Source: Lachnospiraceae bacterium (GTDB lineage Bacteria; Bacillota; Clostridia; Lachnospirales; Lachnospiraceae). Taken from it: DNA of 64,000 nt. The stretch is from NCBI GenBank assembly GCA_024682115.1, contig JAIKZO010000058.1, forward strand, positions 125,869 through 189,868, given 5' to 3'. The notes under the pieces are model-generated. The model saw only the letters and a program-made list of their open reading frames with translations. It was not told the DNA's origin and did not search any database. Below are positions 59,369 to 64,000 of this stretch, in pieces. Each line of letters opens with the position of its first letter. Positions within the stretch are counted from its first letter, which is position 1. The position numbers and the translations under genes were made by a program.

Positions 59369-59397
59369 TTGATAAAAACACCTCAAAATAGTATAAT
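59369..59397 (+). promoter_or_regulatory. Near-consensus promoter for livHMGF
   Basis: TTGATA (59369-59374), 17 nt, TATAAT (59392-59397). AAGGAG lies before the ATG at 59433. Confidence 0.6.
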
Positions 59398-59432
59398 ATT
59401 TAAGTTGTGAATCACTAATAAGGAGCTTTTAT

Positions 59433-60317
59433 ATGAGTTTTATTTCATATCTTATCAACGGTATAAGCCTTGGTTCCGTATATGCGATAATCGCACTCGG
59501 ATATACCATGGTTTACGGTATAGCCAAAATGCTGAATTTTGCTCACGGAGATATCATCATGGTCGGAAGTTACGTAATTTTCTGCCTGATGTCAGGTACG
59601 GGAATGTCGCCGCTGGTTTCCGTGATCTTATCAATAGTCTGCTGTACGGCCCTCGGTATCACGGTTGAAGCGATAGCATACAGACCTTTAAGAGGCGCCG
59701 CTTCTCCGCTTGCCGTTCTGATCACCGCGATCGGTGTTTCGTATTTTTTGCAGAATACGGCATTGCTTATCTTCGGAGCTAATACAAAACAGTTTACGTC
59801 TGTTATAAAAATGGAGCCGATACAGCTGTTTTCCGGACAGGTGACCGTGACGGGAGAGACTCTTGTAACAATAGTATGCTGTCTTATCATAATGATAGTA
59901 CTGCTTACTTTCATCAATAAGACAAAAGCCGGGCAGGCCATGTTAGCCGTTTCTGAAGATCAGGGCGCGGCAAAACTCATGGGAATAAATGTCAACGGAA
60001 CGATATCGCTTACATTTGCCATAGGTTCGGGCCTTGCGGCGATCGCGGGAATGCTGCTTTGTTCTTCTTATCCTTCACTTACACCTTATACGGGTTCAAT
60101 GCCCGGTATTAAGGCTTTCGTTGCCGCGGTTTTCGGAGGGATAGGATCGATACCCGGAGCTTTCGTCGGCGGTATAATCCTCGGTATAATCGAGATAATG
60201 TCCAAAGCTTATATATCTTCTCAGTTATCCGATGCGATAGTATTTATGGTGCTCATAATAGTTCTGCTCGTTAAACCTACCGGTCTTATGGGCAAAAAGA
60301 TTCAGGAAAAGGTTTAG
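59433..60317 (+). CDS. livH: Branched-chain amino acid ABC transporter permease (LivH-type)
   Basis: Polytopic; typical LivH N-terminus LINGISLGSVYAIIALGYTMVYG. Confidence 0.9.
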   Translation: MSFISYLINGISLGSVYAIIALGYTMVYGIAKMLNFAHGDIIMVGSYVIFCLMSGTGMSPLVSVILSIVCCTALGITVEAIAYRPLRGAASPLAVLITAIGVSYFLQNTALLIFGANTKQFTSVIKMEPIQLFSGQVTVTGETLVTIVCCLIIMIVLLTFINKTKAGQAMLAVSEDQGAAKLMGINVNGTISLTFAIGSGLAAIAGMLLCSSYPSLTPYTGSMPGIKAFVAAVFGGIGSIPGAFVGGIILGIIEIMSKAYISSQLSDAIVFMVLIIVLLVKPTGLMGKKIQEKV

Positions 60318-60325
60318 GTGCGATC

Positions 60326-61399
60326 ATGAAAAAAATAAAAATGAGTAAACATCTTAAAGACAATTTAACAACTTTTTCCATCGTGACGGTTGCGTTTATC
60401 ATTGTTGAGATCCTTAAAGCAACAGGACATATCTCAAGCCTTATGAAAGGTCTTCTGGTTCCTGTCTGCATCTATATAATATGTGCGATAGCTCTTAACC
60501 TCTGTGTCGGTATCCTCGGAGAACTTTCGCTCGGGCATGCCGGATTCATGTGTATCGGAGCATTTTCGGGAGCGTTTTTCTCAAAATGTACCCAGGATGT
60601 GATAACGTTTGCTCCGCTTAGATTCACGCTGGCGATAATCATCGGAGCTTTATTTGCAGCTTTATTCGGATTCCTGATAGGTATTCCCGTATTAAGGCTT
60701 AAAGGAGATTATCTTGCGATAGTAACCCTTGCTTTCGGCGAGATCATCAAGAACGTGATAAATGTACTTTATGTCGGAAAAGACACTGACGGATTCCGTT
60801 TGTCATTAAAGGATACCGTTTCGCTCCATCTTTCCGGAGAAGGGAAGATCATAATCAACGGAGCGCAGGGCATTACGGGAACACCCAATGATTCCTCATT
60901 CGAGGTCGGATTTGTACTTATCCTCATCACATTGATAATCGTTTTGAATCTGATCAACTCAAGAGACGGAAGAGCGATCATGTCGATCAGGGATAATACC
61001 ATCGCCGCTGAATCCATCGGAATCAACATCACCGGATATAAACTCATGGCATTTACGATATCAGCAGGCCTTGCGGGTATCGCAGGTGTGCTTTATGCTC
61101 ATAACCTCAACAGTCTGATGGCACAGCCTAAGAATTTCGGATACAACATGTCAATAACCATATTATTGTTCGTTGTTCTCGGAGGTATCGGTAATATCAG
61201 AGGATCCGTTATAGCGGCCGTTGTCCTTACGCTTCTTCCCGAACTGTTAAGGGGACTTGCCGACTACAGGATGCTCATTTATGCGATCGTGCTTATCGTC
61301 CTTATGATATTTAACTGGTCACCCAAGATACTCGAGCTTCGTAAAAAGTATTCGATCAAAGGGCTGATCGGCGCCAAAAAAGCCGGGGAGGTGAAATAA
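60326..61399 (+). CDS. livM: Branched-chain amino acid ABC transporter permease (LivM-type)
   Basis: Polytopic; GELSLGHAGFMCIGAF and LRLKGDYLAIVTLAFGEI are LivM signatures. Confidence 0.9.
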   Translation: MKKIKMSKHLKDNLTTFSIVTVAFIIVEILKATGHISSLMKGLLVPVCIYIICAIALNLCVGILGELSLGHAGFMCIGAFSGAFFSKCTQDVITFAPLRFTLAIIIGALFAALFGFLIGIPVLRLKGDYLAIVTLAFGEIIKNVINVLYVGKDTDGFRLSLKDTVSLHLSGEGKIIINGAQGITGTPNDSSFEVGFVLILITLIIVLNLINSRDGRAIMSIRDNTIAAESIGINITGYKLMAFTISAGLAGIAGVLYAHNLNSLMAQPKNFGYNMSITILLFVVLGGIGNIRGSVIAAVVLTLLPELLRGLADYRMLIYAIVLIVLMIFNWSPKILELRKKYSIKGLIGAKKAGEVK

Positions 61400-62163
61400 T
61401 GTCTACTGTACTCGAAGTAAACAATCTGTCTATTTCCTTCGGCGGATTAAGAGCCGTTGACGATTTTAACATCAATATAAAAAACGGAGCTCTTTACGGT
61501 CTCATAGGACCTAACGGAGCAGGAAAGACCACGGTGTTCAATCTTCTGACCGGAGTATACAAGCCCGATGAAGGTAAGATTTTCCTCGAAGGAGAAAACA
61601 TCACCGGCAAAAGCACCATGGACATCAATAAAGCCGGTATAGCAAGGACTTTCCAGAACATAAGGCTTTTTAAGAACCTTACGGTACTTGATAATGTTAA
61701 AGCCGGATTGCACAACAGTTTCGGCTACAATACCGTTACCGGGATCTTAAGACTGCCGAAGTATTATCGTGTCGAAAAGGAGATGGATGAAAAAGCCATG
61801 GAACTCCTTAAGGTGTTCGATCTTGATAATGAAGCGCTTTATCTTGCTTCAAATCTTCCTTACGGAAAGCAGAGAAAGCTCGAGATAGCACGTGCGCTTG
61901 CTACTGATCCTAAACTTTTGCTTCTGGATGAGCCCGCTGCGGGAATGAATCCCAACGAGACAAAAGAGCTTATGGATACGATAATGCTTCTTAAAAACGA
62001 ATTTAAAAAGACTATACTGCTTATCGAACATGATATGAAACTCGTATCGGGGATCTGTGAAGAACTGACCGTATTGAATTTCGGTTCCGTTCTATGTCAG
62101 GGCAAGACAAGTTCCGTCCTTTCCGACCCCGAGGTCATAAAAGCTTATTTGGGAGACGACTGA
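61399..62163 (+). CDS. livG: Branched-chain amino acid ABC transporter ATP-binding protein (LivG-type)
   Basis: Walker A GPNGAGKTT, signature LPYGKQRKLEIARAL, and Walker B LLLLDEP. Confidence 0.9.
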   Translation: MSTVLEVNNLSISFGGLRAVDDFNINIKNGALYGLIGPNGAGKTTVFNLLTGVYKPDEGKIFLEGENITGKSTMDINKAGIARTFQNIRLFKNLTVLDNVKAGLHNSFGYNTVTGILRLPKYYRVEKEMDEKAMELLKVFDLDNEALYLASNLPYGKQRKLEIARALATDPKLLLLDEPAAGMNPNETKELMDTIMLLKNEFKKTILLIEHDMKLVSGICEELTVLNFGSVLCQGKTSSVLSDPEVIKAYLGDD

Positions 62164-62164
62164 T

Positions 62165-62875
62165 ATGTCAATGCTTGAAATAAAAGATCTTGAAGTATAT
62201 TACGGAGTCATAAAGGCTATCAAAGGTGTATCCTTCAGTGTTGAAGAAGGAGAAGTCATCGCACTTATAGGTGCGAACGGAGCGGGAAAGACGACCATCC
62301 TGCATACCATAACCGGTTTGCTTACGCCCGCTTCGGGAAGTGTCCTTTTTAACGGAAATGATATTACAAAGACCTCGGCTCATAAGATCGTAAGGATGGG
62401 AATGGCTCACGTTCCCGAGGGACGCCGTGTTTTTGCAAATCTTTCCGTATTGCAGAATCTGAAACTCGGAGCTTACACAAGGACAGATCGTGCAGAGATA
62501 GAAAAAAATCTGGACATGGTCTTTTCAAGGTTCCCGAGACTGAAGGAACGTCAGAATCAGATATCCGGAACTTTATCGGGAGGAGAACAACAGATGCTCG
62601 CTATGGGAAGAGCGTTGATGAGCAATCCCAGGATCCTGCTCATGGATGAGCCTTCAATGGGTCTTTCTCCGATATTCGTAAATGAGATATTTGATATCAT
62701 AAACGCCGTTAAAGCCGACGGCACAACGGTTCTTTTGGTAGAACAGAACGCCAAAAAAGCTTTGTCGATCGCCGACAGGGGATATGTTTTGGAAACCGGA
62801 AATATCGTTCTTACGGGCAAAGCCGATGAACTGTTAAACAACGAAGATATAAAGAAGGCATATTTGGGGGAGTAG
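62165..62875 (+). CDS. livF: Branched-chain amino acid ABC transporter ATP-binding protein (LivF-type)
   Basis: Walker A GANGAGKTT, signature LSGGEQQMLAMGRAL, and Walker B ILLMDEP. Confidence 0.9.
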   Translation: MSMLEIKDLEVYYGVIKAIKGVSFSVEEGEVIALIGANGAGKTTILHTITGLLTPASGSVLFNGNDITKTSAHKIVRMGMAHVPEGRRVFANLSVLQNLKLGAYTRTDRAEIEKNLDMVFSRFPRLKERQNQISGTLSGGEQQMLAMGRALMSNPRILLMDEPSMGLSPIFVNEIFDIINAVKADGTTVLLVEQNAKKALSIADRGYVLETGNIVLTGKADELLNNEDIKKAYLGE

Positions 62876-62878
62876 CAG

Positions 62879-63523
62879 ATGGAAGAGATCTTAAGCAAAA
62901 AGAACATAGTCATTACCGTATCCAGGATATACGGTTCCGGCGGTCATACCATTTCAAAGATGCTGTCAGAAAAACTCAGTATACCGTATTATGATAAGGA
63001 CCTTATCAAACTTGCTTCGGAAGAGAGCGGAATAAACGAGTCTCTTTTTGCCGATGCGGACGAAAAAGCAAAAGCCAGCTTTTTAAGGAAGATCGTTAAA
63101 GACGTATATAATGACGACGAAGTCCTTCCGCCTTCCTCAAAAGACTATACTTCCGAAAAGAATCTCTTTAATATCCAGGCCAATATAATCAAGAAACTGG
63201 CCGACCGTGAAAGCTGCATAATCATCGGGAGATGTGCCGAGTACATACTGAAGGATTACGACAATGTTCTTTCGGTCTTCATTCATGCGCCCATGGATTA
63301 TTGCATAGAAACAGCAGCCAGGGTAAAGAACCTTCCGTTCAAAGGGCTTGAGGACTTTATACGCAAGGATAATAAGCGTAAGGAAGACTATCACTTATCA
63401 TATACCGGAAAGACATGGACCGATGCAAGAAACTACGATCTTTGCCTCGACAGTTCCAAGCTCGGATTTGACAGATGCGTTGATGAGATAATCGCCTATC
63501 TGAAAGTTCGTTTTAAAGATTGA
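62879..63523 (+). CDS. Cytidylate kinase-like family protein (P-loop NMP-kinase fold, function unclear)
   Basis: IVITVSRIYGSGGHTISKMLSEKLSIPYYDKDLI is typical of the Cytidylate_kin2 group rather than true Cmk. Confidence 0.65.
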   Translation: MEEILSKKNIVITVSRIYGSGGHTISKMLSEKLSIPYYDKDLIKLASEESGINESLFADADEKAKASFLRKIVKDVYNDDEVLPPSSKDYTSEKNLFNIQANIIKKLADRESCIIIGRCAEYILKDYDNVLSVFIHAPMDYCIETAARVKNLPFKGLEDFIRKDNKRKEDYHLSYTGKTWTDARNYDLCLDSSKLGFDRCVDEIIAYLKVRFKD

Positions 63524-63524
63524 T

Positions 63525-64000
63525 ATGAAACTTCAGCAGATACTCAGTTATGTCCGTAAAGCCGTGGACGATTACAATATGATAGAAGAGGGGGACAGGA
63601 TCGCAATAGGTATTTCCGGCGGGAAAGATTCTCTTACGCTTCTTTATGCTCTGAATTCTCTTAAACGGTTTTACCCAAAAAAATTCGAAATCTACGCCGT
63701 CACAGTTGATCTTGGATTTAAAAATCTCGATCTGGACAGTGTATCAGAACTCTGTAAAAAGCTTGATGTTCCCTATAAGATCATAAAAACAGATATCGCA
63801 CAGATCGTATTCGACGAAAGGAAAGAAAACAACCCATGCTCTTTATGTGCTAAAATGAGAAAGGGAGCGTTGAATTACGAGATAAAGGAATTGGGTTGCA
63901 ATAAAGTTGCCTATGCGCATCATAAGGATGATGTCGTGGAAACCATGATGATGTCCCTGGTATACGAAGGTCGTTTTCATACGTTTAATCCCGTGACTTA
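63525..64000 (+). CDS. PP-loop ATPase of the TtcA/tRNA 2-thiocytidine family (partial, runs off the window)
   Basis: My translation gives MKLQQILSYVRKAVDDYNMIEEGDRIAIGISGGKDSLT (SGGKDS PP-loop), then CSLCAKMRKG. The frame is open to position 64000. It is absent from the ORF track because it is truncated. Confidence 0.75.
   Translation, partial: MKLQQILSYVRKAVDDYNMIEEGDRIAIGISGGKDSLTLLYALNSLKRFYPKKFEIYAVTVDLGFKNLDLDSVSELCKKLDVPYKIIKTDIAQIVFDERKENNPCSLCAKMRKGALNYEIKELGCNKVAYAHHKDDVVETMMMSLVYEGRFHTFNPVT

Overview
This looks like a core chromosomal segment of a low/mid-GC Firmicute. I infer Clostridia, probably Lachnospiraceae-like, from gene content only. All family calls come from reading motifs in the supplied translations; I ran no database or HMM search. 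I call 66 CDS, 62 of them on the + strand. Packing is very tight, with many ATGA/TAATG stop-start overlaps. I saw no rRNA, tRNA, CRISPR array, transposase, integrase or phage structural gene.

Gene content in order:
- Lipoprotein (-), then a metH(short)-ilvB-ilvN-ilvN'-ilvC-leuC-leuD block.
- A membrane-anchored protein plus a GT-C glycosyltransferase, and a histidine phosphatase (-).
- A NusG-II/Gx-transporter pair, ruvAB and zapA.
- A hybrid histidine kinase train (EIIC/half-EAL, esterase, small membrane protein, dtd).
- A U32 pair, then a SEDS + class-B PBP pair, and an HD-GYP protein (-).
- A small ORF followed by ytfI, ytfJ(gerW) and a J-domain protein, then rpmB (-).
- asp23, DAK2, recG, degV, topo IV parE/parC, rsmD, coaD, a coiled-coil protein, an Amidase_3, a HAD hydrolase, a membrane protein, an RluA-family synthase and recU.
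- A histidine operon made of fusion genes (hisZG, hisD, hisB, hisA/F-like-hisIE), running straight into a radical-SAM pair and RNase G.
- rplU-prp-rpmA, obg, yhbY, yqeK, rsfS, the liv-type ABC transporter genes (livJ, then livHMGF), a cytidylate-kinase-like gene and a partial ttcA-like gene.

The window is mostly housekeeping, and I cannot point to a clear defence island or mobile element. The items most worth a second look are:
1. The orphan hybrid kinase translationally coupled to a PTS-EIIC permease that ends in half of a degenerate EAL domain.
2. The unusual his fusions in an operon lacking hisC/H/A/F.
3. The uncharacterised radical-SAM/DUF2344/RNase G module wedged between the his and rplU operons.
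4. A SEDS protein with a roughly 170-aa Lys/Arg then Tyr/Asp/Glu tail, overlapped by the PBP start.
5. The ytfI-ytfJ-J-domain train behind a perfect 16-bp palindrome.
6. Tandem ilvN paralogues.
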